Shown here in pieces: positions 12,853-24,638 of a DNA stretch of 64,000 nt. Numbering within the stretch: position 1 is the first letter of the stretch; each line of letters begins with the position of its first letter. A model generated the notes under the pieces. The model made no database searches. It worked only from the letters and a program-made list of their open reading frames with translations, and was not told where the DNA came from. Both the position numbers and the translations under genes were made by a program. Source of the DNA: Haliotis rubra (Eukaryota); the NCBI RefSeq assembly GCF_003918875.1, contig NW_025765154.1:124001-188000 (forward strand), in the 5' to 3' direction.

Positions 12853-14177
12853 CTGCAAGACAATTTAATCCCAGTTATACAAAAGACTTAGCTTCATCTG
12901 GTGGAAATGCTTTGCAAATATCTTACATCCATCTTGTACCATATTCAACCAAATAAACACTCAACTGTCATGAACACTCTCCATCAAGATCTGGCTAACT
13001 GACCCTCTATACCTAGTACAGACTCGCTTCAAGCTACTAGGCATCTGTTAATCCCATACAAAATTCATTAGTTCAACTGGTTTACAGTTTTTGTTCTGTA
13101 CAATTGGGCTTGGTGATTAAAATATAATTTAGAAAACAATTTAGAAAAATATACTCTTATGCAATCAAACACAAAAACAGAATGAAATGAAGTTAAAGAG
13201 CCAGTTATCCTATATTGGCCTATTCAGGAGCTTCTTTCGTAATTTAATTATAAGGAATAAACAGACTCGGAAAGAAAAAAAATATAAAAAATACAATTTC
13301 AAAAAATATTCGTCTTACCACATTTGTGAAATGACTATGCATCAAATAATGAAAATCTTTATAAATGCATCCGAACGTAAGACCAAGAAAGAATGCCTGA
13401 AACATGTTGAAAGTAAGCTTGACTGAACTTTCCATTCTTATTGTTTGGCCAATTCCTCAAAAGTAGGCACTCCGACTTCTTTCAAATCATTATTAAAATA
13501 TCACACAAGACTTAACAGGTCATGGTTGACAACGCTGTCATGTTTTGACGTCCATACTCGCCACTTACCAGGCAACATGCGCCATAAAGAGGATATTCAA
13601 ACCACTCTGTCATTAAACCTTCTCTATACATCTTCGTATTTCCCTCCTTTGTATGTGATAAATAATTATATACATTCACCAGGGACACACTTCCCTCCCA
13701 TTTGGAATAATATCAGGGGTGTTTTTTTCAATTCTCTATCACAGGCATTTTCAGATGAATTAATGTATATTAGTCAAATGCATATTTAAAGGAATTATTC
13801 CTAACAATAAATACCCTGCATTAGTTCCATTTAGAGCTTTAGCTCCGGTCTCCGATATTTGAAATGCAGGTTAGGAGTTGGGGAATCCTGGTGAACTGTT
13901 TGAACCCATCTGAGCATGAATTGATATCATTTTAAAACATAGAATCAGTTCCACATTTTGTATGCAGCAAAGAGCCATTTATTCAGTCTCATGACTGTAT
14001 TAGTTCAACCACAATGACCCTTTTCATCTGTAGTTACCTACATTCAAGAACAATTTATCTGTAGTTACTTGAATATGTCATTGTTAGATACAGATACATA
14101 AAAACTGTCGAAATGAATAAAGTCATGATTTGCCATGTCTAACTTACATTACTGTACTTGTTGCCAGGTATACTGGC

Positions 14178-15124
14178 ATATATCATCCCAGCCAACACAG
14201 GTAGGTATATGACATATATCATCCCAGCCAACACAGCTAGGTATATGACATATATCATCCCAGCCAACACAGCCAGGTATATGACAGGCCAACACAGCCA
14301 GGTATATGACATATATATTATCCCAGCCAACACAGCCACGTATATCACATATATCATCCCAGCCAACACAGACAGGTATATGACATATATCATCCCTGCC
14401 CACACAGCCAGGTATATGACATATATCATCCCAGCCGACACAGCCAGGTATATGACATATATCATCCTAGCCAACACAGACAGGTATATGACATATATCA
14501 TCCCAGCCAACACAGCCAGGTATATGACATATATCATCCCAGCCAACACAGCCACGTATATCACATATATCATCCCAGCCGACACAGCCAGGTATATGAC
14601 ATATATCATCCCAGCCAACACAGCCAGGTATATGACATATATCATCCCAGCCAACACAGACAGGTATATGACATATATCATCCTAGCCAACACAGCCAGG
14701 TATATGACATATATCATCCTAGCCAACACAGCCAGGTACATGACATATATCATCCCAGCCAACACAGCCACGTATATCACATATATCATCCCAGCCAACA
14801 CAGCCAGGTATATGACATATATCATCCCAGCCAACACAGCCAGGTATATGACATATATCATCCTAGCCAACACAGACAGGTATATGACATATATCATCCC
14901 AGCCAACACAGCCAGGTACATGACATATATCATCCCAGCCAACACAGCCAGGTATATGACATATATCATCCTAGCCGACACAGCCAGGTATATGACATAT
15001 ATCATCCTAGCCGACACAGCCAGGTATATGACATATATCATCCTAGCCGACACAGCCAGGTATAAGACATATATCATCCTAGCCAACACAGCCAGGTATA
15101 TGACATATATCATCCCAGCCAACA
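14178..15124. repeat. 36-bp minisatellite, about 26 copies
   Basis: Unit ATATATCATCCCAGCCAACACAGCCAGGTATATGAC; explains the stop-free 12-aa-periodic ORFs on both strands. Confidence 0.97.
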
Positions 15125-15398
15125 GAGCAACAAGCACTGAGATCTGATTTCAATGAGATTATTTAATATCATCGCCCAGAATGAATAAACAAATACAACA
15201 GTCTAAGTGGTCACTGACAACATGAACAACTATACAATACCAACAATATCATAGGATTTAATACAAGAAATCTGTATCCTTTATGCAAATAGACAAGGAG
15301 CAAAGAAATGAATAAAAACACTGCATATTGAACATCCCTCCAAATGACACTGCTGTTGGAAGTAATTTTAATGACTTCTCAACCCTCTTTGTTGAGAA

Positions 15399-15558
15399 GG
15401 GCAATAGAGTAGCCAAGTGGTTAAGATGTTCGCTCGTCACACCGAAGACCCGGATTTGATTCGCCACAAGGGCACAATGTGTGAAGCCCACTTCTGGTGT
15501 TCCCCGCCGTGATATTGCTGGAATATTGCTCAAAGCAGCGTAAAACCAAACTCACTCA
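15399..15558 (+). mobile_element. SINE family A
   Basis: Full length, TSD CTCTTTGTTGAGAA. Confidence 0.9.
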
Positions 15559-15744
15559 CTCTTTGTTGAGAAACTTCCAATTCATTCTTATTATAATTTG
15601 AAACAGACTGTAGATATTCCACATTTGGCAATGACGCTCAAGGTCCTTCTTTGTCAATTGCACTGTCGGGAGTGACATTACCGGCAGGTTTATGGACAAC
15701 TGTATATGACTCAGTGCTGCCGCAAAGGTCATTAAGGTGAGAAA

Positions 15745-15940
15745 TAAGTTTTAGAAAAAATATATAAAAATTTCAGACAGATAAAAGATAATCAGGTAAA
15801 AGATATGATTCTGATTTAGTAAGTTTTAGAGAAAAAAAATATAAAAATTTCAGACAGATAAAAGATAATCAGGTAAAAGATATGATTAGTAAGATTTAGA
15901 AAAAAAAAATATAAAAATTTCAGATATCATTCTGATTTAG
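15745..15940. repeat. Short AT-rich tandem duplication (~70-75 bp, about 2.5 copies)
   Basis: TAAGTTTTAGA..TATAAAAATTTCAGACAGATAAAAGATAATCAGGTAAAAGATATGATT repeated. Confidence 0.8.
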
Positions 15941-16464
15941 TATACAGTATTGCATATTACCCATTCTATTTGTCAGCGATGCACAAAAGAGTTACGGTGG
16001 ACGGTCTATGTTACCAGCAACATACTCGTACTTGTGTGGTTGATATACTGCCAAAATATGTGCCAAAAAGCAGGTTTGGGTAAAATTGAAGTAAAATCAA
16101 CAAACGTTGGTGAATGGAATGAATTTCTGCAGTTCTGACATTCCATGGACCTCACAGACCATGGTCTATGCCTGAATATATAATCTGCAACTTGAGGATA
16201 AATTCACTTTGGTCAAATATGACCTGAAAGAGTTCAGGGAATAAAGACTGCTATAATAATACCAACAATGTTTAAATATACATTATCTCTTTGATAGGAC
16301 ATAATACAAAGTTTTCCAGACTTGACAAAGCTGTGTGATTTTGTGATAAAAGGGTACAAGGAAGAAAGCTTCAAATGTAGGAATTTTCTGTTTCCCCCAT
16401 GATGATTGGTCCATAGTTCACCATGTTGTTTTAAACATACATTGTATAATTAAAGCAGACATTT

Positions 16465-16622
16465 GAATGAGTGAGTGAGAAGGGTTTTATGCTGTTTATA
16501 GCAATATTCCAGCAATATCACAGCAGGAGACACAAAAAGTGGGTTTCACACACTGTACCCACATGGAGAATCGAACCCAGGTCTTCAACATGACTAGCAA
16601 ATGCTTTAACCTCTAGGCTATG
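16465..16622 (-). mobile_element. SINE family A
   Basis: Similarity to the family consensus, (GAGT)n tail. Confidence 0.85.
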
Positions 16623-16937
16623 CCAAAGTACCTCTTAATATGGGAAGAAATCTGAAAGTGATGAAAGTCTCAGACAGTTACCACTCCAGTAAAACCCATG
16701 AGCATTGGTATGGTGCTGGCAATCCTAGAATAATAACTAAGATGGAACTGTGATTCAAACCCAGTCCCTGCATCCAAAGAAGGGGCACCTCATGCCAAGT
16801 TGCAGCATTTTTGAGTTATATGATCTATAGTATTGAATTATGCTTTGATTCATTTTGTGTGATTGAATTGAAAAAAACCTTTTGATTCTGATTGATTTCT
16901 TTTGGGTAACATTTACTGCAACCATTTGGCTACATCA

Positions 16938-17104
16938 GGGTGGTGGGGTAGCCTAATGGTTGAAGCATAAGCTCAGTACACTGAAGACCCGGGTTCGATT
17001 CCCCACATAGGTACAATGTCTGAAGACCATTTCTGGTGTCCCCTGCCGTGATATTGCTGGAATATTGCTAAAAGCAGCGTAAACTAAACTCATTCACTCA
17101 CTCC
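16938..17104 (+). mobile_element. SINE family A (part of the inverted duplicate with 38449-38746)
   Basis: A box TAGCCTAATGG, B box GGTTCGATTCC, (ACTC)n tail. Confidence 0.9.
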
Positions 17105-17782
17105 TTAAATTCACCTCTTGAACTTCTATCTGGACAAAATCAGACAATATTCTGATATTGTCATTTATAATATAAATTCAATAATACCTTTCAAACATTA
17201 ATAATATGCCTATTGGTAATCTTTGAGATGTCAGCACGGTCAGTAGTGACTCTAGTGTGTGAATTTAGTTAAATGCCACTTTAAAACATTATTCCTGATA
17301 AATGACATCGTCTGGTTATCGTTGGAAGAAAGCCGAAAGTGATAGAAGTTTTTGGAACAAGACAATACATTACATAACATGAATAAATCAAACAAAACAA
17401 CACTGTCATAGAACAACAATCTGCCTTTAAGTATCAATGATTGTTTACTAAATGATAACAAACAATCAGGTGCAATATCAGTCAATTCATACCTTACAAA
17501 ATTTCAATTAAGTGAGCAAAACAGTTTTTGTTTGTGTTTCCAAAATCAAATGAAAATAGTCTTGCCAGGAGAACAAACACTTGTTGGATATTGTTTTGAC
17601 TGCCTAAAAAAAAATGTTTTGCTTCAACATGTTGGAAATCTTAGTCCCAATTTTCGTGTAAATATGTCAGGCAATTGCTGTCAACTGGTTTCAACAAGAC
17701 CCTCCAAGGTGAGTCACAAACTAGAACAGCTTGGATCCCGTTCCCAGTTCATGAGTGAGTGACTTGTCCCAATTTGGACCAG

Positions 17783-17888
17783 GGTCCCAATCCACAAAGC
17801 CTCGCAGCACTGCGACATTTGTGCGCTTATGATAAATTACAGAGTTACGACAGTTCGTAACGTTAAAAAGCCTTTGTGGATCGGGACC
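17783..17888. mobile_element. Palindromic Harbinger-like MITE
   Basis: TIRs GGTCCCAATCCACAAAG / CTTTGTGGATCGGGACC, TSD CAG/CAG. Confidence 0.85.
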
Positions 17889-18087
17889 CAGGCTGTTAAA
17901 ACTAGTGGTCGATAACATGAGCAATAAGCAATATCCATGGCAATAAATACACAAAATCATCAGTATCACACATTTCAACCACCTATGGATTGATCACATA
18001 CACCTGACATTATATTTATATTCGATGAGGCAGTATGTATTCAAAGTAGGAAAGCCATTATGATCCACACAAACTCTATTGGATGTA

Positions 18088-19142
18088 CTGAGTAAGTACG
18101 GTTTTATGCCGCTTTTAGCAATATTCCAGCAATATCACGGCGGGGGACACCAGAAATGGGCTTCACACATTGTACCCATGTGGGGAATCCAACCCAGGTC
18201 TTCGGCGTGACGAGCGATTGCTTTAACCACTAGGCTAACACACACACACAGACACCCAACCCCACACACACACACCCCACCCCACACCACACACCCCATA
18301 TTGGCTTTACTGAGTGCCTTCTAAACCAACTGGTAAGTGGTAAGTAATCTGAAAAGGTGCCCCTACTGATGTTTTTGACAGTCCATATTTTCTTGTGTAT
18401 AATGCACATTATTTATAAAAAACAGGTGTTTGGTGTTTGTAGCATGGATACATCACTGCCTAGTAATCGCTATCCTACCGTTTCAATTTCATTGGCATTT
18501 AGATTAAGTATTTTGACAACAATACAATCCTTGAAAAATTCATATTGTCACCTATGGTTTAAGTATGCACTCCATTCATCAATTTTTAACACTCCCTGTG
18601 CACTTATTACAATAATTACAGTAATTAATCTGGTTAATAAACATAACCCGGCATAAGGCATGATGACTGACTGACTGAGTTGGGTTTTACGCTGCTTTTA
18701 GCAATATTCCAGCAATATCACGGCAGAGGACACCAGAAATGGGCTTCACTCATTGTACTCATGTGGGGATTTGAACCCGGGTCTTTGGCATGACGGGCCA
18801 ACACTTTAACCACTAGGCTACTCCAACATCAGCGCTAGGACTGTGGGAATTCTACATTAGGGTATCGGAGTTACGATCACCTTAGAGCTGAGATAGCTTC
18901 ATACAATGACTAAACAGCAATAACTGGGGAAGCCACCCAACTCTTCCTTCACAGCAGTTACCATGCTGTATAAGGGGTACCAAGAAGATAGAAGTGAGTG
19001 AGTGAGTGAGTTTAGTGTTACGCCGCTTTTAGCAATATTCCAGCAATATCACTGCGGGGGAACACCAGAAAGCTTCACACATTGTACCCATGTGGGGAAT
19101 CGAACCGGGTCATAACCTGTCACTAGGCTACCCACCACCCCC
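18088..19142 (-). mobile_element. Cluster of three SINE A copies (~18088-18240, ~18662-18825, ~18993-19142)
   Basis: Each matches the consensus. The first is followed by a CA-rich expansion; the third has TSD CAAGAAGAT(A/G)GAAG. Confidence 0.85.
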
Positions 19143-20089
19143 AAGAAGATGGAAGATAGAAGACATCATTTCAAATTCGAGCAACACAAAAAGGAGGCAG
19201 TACGGTAACACTAAAAGTAAACTGTATCTTATGCTAAACAACATTTATCACCATCTGCTTATCAAGTAGGAAAACACATCACATTAACATTTCAAACTTA
19301 CTCCTAAAATGTTAAAAGGCAATCAATCTGTTAAATGAAAAGACACTACAGATAACAAATACTTCTGGGATGGAACACAGCAATTCGAAACTCAAACCAA
19401 CCATCAAACAGTGTGAAGGTGTGTTTGGTCCCTGTACCAATAGTGATGGGACGTGAGAGAGGAATGTAACCAAGTTCAGGTGTGGCCCTGCAAGGAAGTT
19501 AGCAAGCTTGGGCATAAACAGCAGCCACTCCCACACCCTGCATTACGGTTGTGTTCCACACGGTTTTCTTCTGCCATGTTTCCAATACTAAGTTTCAACA
19601 AAAACTCACACGTGATAGTTTTAAGGAAAACCCAACCTATTCTATCTTCTACGAGAGGAGGTAATTAATGTCTGTATCAGCCTTATAAAGTGTTGCTCCT
19701 GTTTAGAAATAGCTAATCATTTCTTACTTTATACATATTCTCAAAAATCTCTGAAAAAATTATCATTCAAGAAATGAGAAAACACAATGTACCTGTTAAA
19801 TGATCAAGTTTCACAGGATGTTCAGACATTCTCCATTCATTTGTTTTAGAATCGTTAACAATAATGAATAAAGTATAAGTATTAATAATTAATTTAGTCC
19901 CAGAAATAAAGATGCCACATTAAATGCTTTACAATATTTATTTGTTACATTTCATTCCTGATTACCAACTTAATTCTATGCCATATATTTATATCCAGCA
20001 ATCGAACTGTCCAGTTTATAACGAAGAAACACAGGTGCTCACATATACACAATGATTCTGCACAGATACTCTAGTTTATGAACTACATG

Positions 20090-20780
20090 TAGGCATTACA
20101 TGGATACATAAACTTTTTTTACATACAGGTATTTGCTATAAACTCTCTCAACATTACATCTAGTTGCTGTACACATATATATCCACTTTATGAGTGAGTG
20201 AGTTTAGTTATACGCCGCTCTCAGCAATCTATGAAATATAGCTAAGTTATATGGATACACACATAAATGAATTATACCTAGGTGAAATATGGATAGATAC
20301 ACAAATCTTTTTACCTACAGCTAGTTGCTGTACACACATATATATATATTTCAAAACACCTAGTTGTTATACACATATATATCCACTTAATGAATTATAC
20401 GTAGGTGAAATATGGATAGATACATAAATCTTTTTACCTACAGCTGGTTGTTATAAACATATATATCCACTGAACAAATTATACCAAGTGATATATGGAT
20501 GCATACAAATTTCTTTATACCTACAGCTATTTGCTATACACATATTTATCCACTCTTTCAAAATACATTTCTGTACAGATATATATCCACTTCATGACCT
20601 TCAGCGAATTTTTAAACAAATTTATATTTTCACTCATTGAAAACGCAGATATTTCTGTGAGAGAGATAAATCAATTTTATGACACCAATATACAGATATA
20701 AAATCTTTGAAAGTACAGCTAGTTGGTCTACAGATATACATCAACTTAATGACTTAATCCAGATGATCGTCAGATACATA
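20090..20780. repeat. Degenerate tandem repeat
   Basis: Motifs ATGGATA(G)ATACA.AAAT..TTTTACCTACAGCTAGTTG.T.TACACATATATATCCACTT recur about 6 times. Confidence 0.7.
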
Positions 20781-20835
20781 GCATTCTACCATAACTTCAG
20801 TAAATACTGGATTGTGATTGGTTAATTAAAGTCAT

Positions 20836-21110
20836 TCAGAGGTATATAATCATGTTATATACCTCTGATTTTCCAACACAGTATGTATTATATTTAAATC
20901 TTAATAATGTGGTTATGATAGAATGCATTCGGTTTTAAATCAAATTTAGAGCTATTATAATTTTGTTATATACCTCTGATTTTCCAACACAGTATGTAAT
21001 TTTTCTTAAATCTTAATAATGTGTTTATTATAGAACATGTTCGGTTTTCAATCAAATTTAAAGCTTTTATAATTTCTTTATATACCTCCAATTTTTCAAC
21101 AGTATATTTA
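20836..21110. repeat. 111-112 bp tandem triplication starting at a perfect hairpin
   Basis: TTATATACCTC..ATTTTCCAACA at 20855, 20966 and 21078. Hairpin TCAGAGGTATATAA-tcatg-TTATATACCTCTGA at 20836-20868. Confidence 0.8.
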
Positions 21111-21207
21111 TCCCCCATCAAATCCACATATGCACATTGTATAACAGTCATTACATGTACAGACACTTAACATCAACCTTAGCATCACAGACATACAGAT
21201 ATCCCAC

Positions 21208-21316
21208 CTTTTCTTCCAACGCGTAAATCCAAGCCTTGATGCACATGCATATCTGCTACAAACTCTGGTAGTCCTAGTGTTCGCTTGACAGACAGGTCAA
21301 CAGGTTCGGTCTGTGG
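21208..21316 (-). CDS. KLF12: KLF exon with CtBP-binding motif (PQTEPVDLSVKRTLGLPEFVADMHVHQGLDLRVGRK)
   Basis: Acceptor ttgttttattgcag| (phase 0) and donor AAAG|gtggga (phase 1). QTEPVDLS is the hallmark of KLF8/KLF12. An alternative phase-0 donor TCT|gtatgt at 21197 is also present. Confidence 0.85.
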
Positions 21317-22195
21317 CTGCAATAAAACAACTAACGTCAGTTCATGTACCAGTATCACACATACCAACTTCAATCACAGATACAATACTGTGGAAATGAT
21401 CTCAGAAATCGTCATCACGCTCAAACAATACCATGTACACTCACATGAGCCCACCATGCAAGAGCACAACCCCCCAGAGAGGATTATATTTACACGATAT
21501 ATGGTAGAAGGACGTTGTGATTGTGATAGTCACACGGGATAATGTCAACTCACATCGGCCATGTACGGAGTCTGGCAGCAAGCACACCGAGGTATCACCA
21601 TGTTGGAGTCAGCCGCACATACATGAAATATTGTATTGAGTAGGTGACTCCACAAGGAGTTAGTCATTTGACAGGAAAGTGACGACAGCACAAGTGGAGC
21701 GTGATACACTTCACGGGTCGTTGGCCAGCGAGCCGCCTGCAGACTTTCAGCTCCTGGTGTGCTGTGAATATGTGCTTTTTCACGTTGAGGTTTCTTAAAT
21801 CTACACTATCAAATTCTGTGTCGGGTCTCTTGGTTACCTATTCCTGCGATGCAAATCCTCTTCCAAGGAAATTTTTAATACTATTTTTGTGTTTTTAAAT
21901 ATTCTTTTGACATGTACACACCTAGGGAAACATAAGAATTTCTATCCAATTTATCAGTAATGTGTGAGTGATATTTTATTCCATAATCACCACATACTAC
22001 AGAATTCTACCAAAGTTGCCAGAAAACTCATGATAAAGCTATTAAGTAAAACTAACACTCCCTCAAATTTCTAGCAGACATCATTAATGTCTCCTCAATT
22101 AATTAACAAATAAGCACAAACAAAATTCATAAACATGTAATAAAAATAATCTCTGTAGTTTAACCATTTTGAAAAAAAAATTCACCAAAACCTAC

Positions 22196-22258
22196 TTTAG
22201 TCTGTTGTTCCCAGTATAACCAGGCAAAATCGTCGGCAGTTGCACTAGACATGTGCAT
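22196..22258 (-). CDS. Candidate alternative first coding exon of the KLF gene (MHMSSATADDFAWLYWEQQTK), short 205-aa isoform
   Basis: ATG at 22258, 21 open codons, donor AAA|gtaggt in phase 0, matching the PVDLS-exon acceptor. Promoter-like motifs lie immediately upstream. Confidence 0.55.
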
Positions 22259-22289
22259 CCTTACACTTCCCTCTCGCCCTGTGAATAGG

Positions 22290-22520
22290 CGGTGGAAAGC
22301 TAGCCACACCTTATACATACAGTACAACAGTGCAAGCGTGGATGGTATCCAAATTTACAAGGGGAGAGGCTTGGCTGCTATTAAGTGAAAACCTCGGCAA
22401 ACTTCCACACACTTTTCAGAGAGCCCAACCAATCAAGCAGTCCGAAAATGGGTATCGTTGCAAAGACAAATTTCAAGCGTCTAATCAGAGGACGGGTGGT
22501 GTTGTCCTAGTCTTCATGTC
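22290..22520 (-). promoter_or_regulatory. Candidate internal promoter for the short KLF isoform
   Basis: GCCACACC (KLF/CACCC-like) next to TATAAG on the minus strand near 22303-22318; CCAATCA near 22429; GGGTGG near 22494; locally raised GC. Confidence 0.4.
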
Positions 22521-22814
22521 AACAGAGCGCGCCCCAGTTGAAGGAAGTGAGCGTACAGGATGCTTGACTGGATGAAACTGTAAAAAGTTCCCCAGGATGT
22601 TATCGTCTATGACCGTTAAACAACAGACAGGGAATTGGTGAAGGTGTCAAATTGTTGTCAAACGCTTATCAAACATCAGAGAGGGCTGGTTTGACTTCTG
22701 GGGACCTGTTGGTCCAATCATGCATGACTAGGAGATGAGGCCGGGGTAACATAGCCGATCTTTGTAAATATTGAAACAGTTTTCGATGCTGGTTGTGTAT
22801 TACATGCTGATGAA

Positions 22815-23911
22815 TGAGTGAGTGATTGAGTATGGTTTTACGCCGCTTTTAGCAATATTCCAGTAATATCACAGCGGGGGACACCAGAAATGGGCTTCAC
22901 ACATTGTACCCATGTGGGGAATACAGCCCAGGTCTTCGGCGTGACGAGCAAACGCTTTAACCACTAGACTACCCCACCGCCCCTGGTGATGAATGAGTGA
23001 GTGAGAATGGTTTAATGTGAAACTCAGCATTATTCAAGTTACAGTGGGGTTACTAAGAAAGATCCTCATACATCGTGGTCATGCAGGAGCTGAACCTGGT
23101 TCTTGAGATTGTACCACTATGCTATCCCTCCAACCCATATTTTCAACTGAACATATATGAGTGGTCACCACTGAATACTATCACTGCTTGGAAAGTGAGG
23201 AAAAGGATGTACAAATATTTCACTCAGGTGCTGAAAACGATATATTTTCATTACAAATTAAACTACTAGCTATTTTATTTAGATTAATATTTAGTTTCAG
23301 AAACAGTGTTACCTTATGTAAAATATATCTCAAGAAATCAAAATCAAATCAAAATGGAGCCCAAGACAATGCTAATTACAGGTTTGTGTTGGAGTGAGAC
23401 TGGGCATTACAGGGTTGTGACTAAAATTATATATGGTCCTTTTGATAACTGTTGCTTTAAAATGTGAGCAAATGAGTTTAGGTTTACACCGCTTTTAGCA
23501 CTATTTCATCAATATCACGGCGAGGGCACCAGAAATGGGCTTCATACTTGTACCCATGTTGGGAATCGAACTCAGGTCTTCGGCGTGACAAGCCAAATGC
23601 CTTAACCACTAGGCTACCCCACAGTGCCTAGCCAATCAAAATCTAATACGATAATCATGTAGTCTTCACAACAAACATAAAAGATGCATTAATACAATTA
23701 ATTAATTATTGAAATATATATAAATTCATTAATAGATTATCTTTTCATTTAAATAAGTAAGAGGGGCAGTGGGGTAGCCTAGTGGTTAAAGCGTTGGCTC
23801 GCACGCCGAAGACCCGGGTTCGAATCCCCACATGGGTACAATGTGTGAAGCCCATTTCTGGTGTTGCTGGAATATTGCTAAAAAGCGGTAAAACCAAACT
23901 CAGTCAGTCAG
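22815..23911. mobile_element. Three SINE A copies (22815-22983 minus, ~23462-23620 minus, 23763-23911 plus)
   Basis: Consensus matches; the third has TSD TAAATAAGTAAG and intact A/B boxes. Confidence 0.85.
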
Positions 23912-24490
23912 TAAATAAGTAAGGAAGTATTTATGTCCTGGTTATTGTTCATCTCTTCCTTCAAATAATTATTAAACTGATCTCCCGTGACACATTTTCC
24001 TAAATAAAAGAACATCTTTGAAATGTGGGTATGAACAAAATTAAAACAAACAGCAAGAGGGAGAATTAAGTGGTGGATGGGCGTGGTTGATAAACGGATG
24101 ATTTATTTACACTGGCCTAATGTTTCCTGTGCTATCCAATGATGGTCTGTAGCCACATGAAGCAACGTGTCCTGATGTACAGTGAATGAAACAGAAACCT
24201 CCCAGGTCATTTCCTTAACCTAAAACTACAGAACGCAGGCTCTAATACTCGTCATTCCTCAATATAACACAATAACAACAACAACAGGATTAAATGTCTA
24301 TAGTGTGTTGAAACTGATTATTTTTTAACAATAGCTGAAATTAGGATGACGGAAATATCAGTTAAGGTTCGTCTGTATTTTCTGAGTTTCTTACAAAACA
24401 GACAATACGGTCATTGACTTTATCTGCAATGATCCACACCATGACCATAATATGACATACAATCATCCTATCACCGAGCTTGACAACCTG

Positions 24491-24638
24491 GGCCCCGTTT
24501 CACAAAACTCTCGTAAGCCTAAGATCTCGTAACTTTTCTCGTAGTATTCGTACTCCCTATGTTGCAGTATAGGTGGTACGAATGCTACGAGAAAAGTTAC
24601 GAGATCTTAGGCCTACGTGAGTTTTGTGAAACGGGGCC
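24491..24638. mobile_element. Near-perfect 148-bp palindromic MITE, Harbinger-like
   Basis: GGCCCCGTTTCACAAAACTC...GAGTTTTGTGAAACGGGGCC, TSD CTG/CTG. Confidence 0.9.

Noticed and set aside
14139-15147. 330-aa ORFs on both strands (hydrophobic or YIIPANTARYMT repeats)
   Set aside because: By-product of a stop-free 36-bp minisatellite inside an intron; no unique coding flanks.
19395-19487. Possible extra KLF exon (ttccttgcag|GGCCAC..., GPHLNLVTFLSHVPSLL)
   Set aside because: Good acceptor but no convincing frame-preserving donor, and the model is complete without it. It cannot be fully excluded without RNA data.
23763-23840. tRNA-Asp(GTC)-like genes at SINE A heads
   Set aside because: A/B boxes and an Asp-like anticodon region are present, but there is no proper acceptor stem and all copies continue into the SINE body with TSDs.
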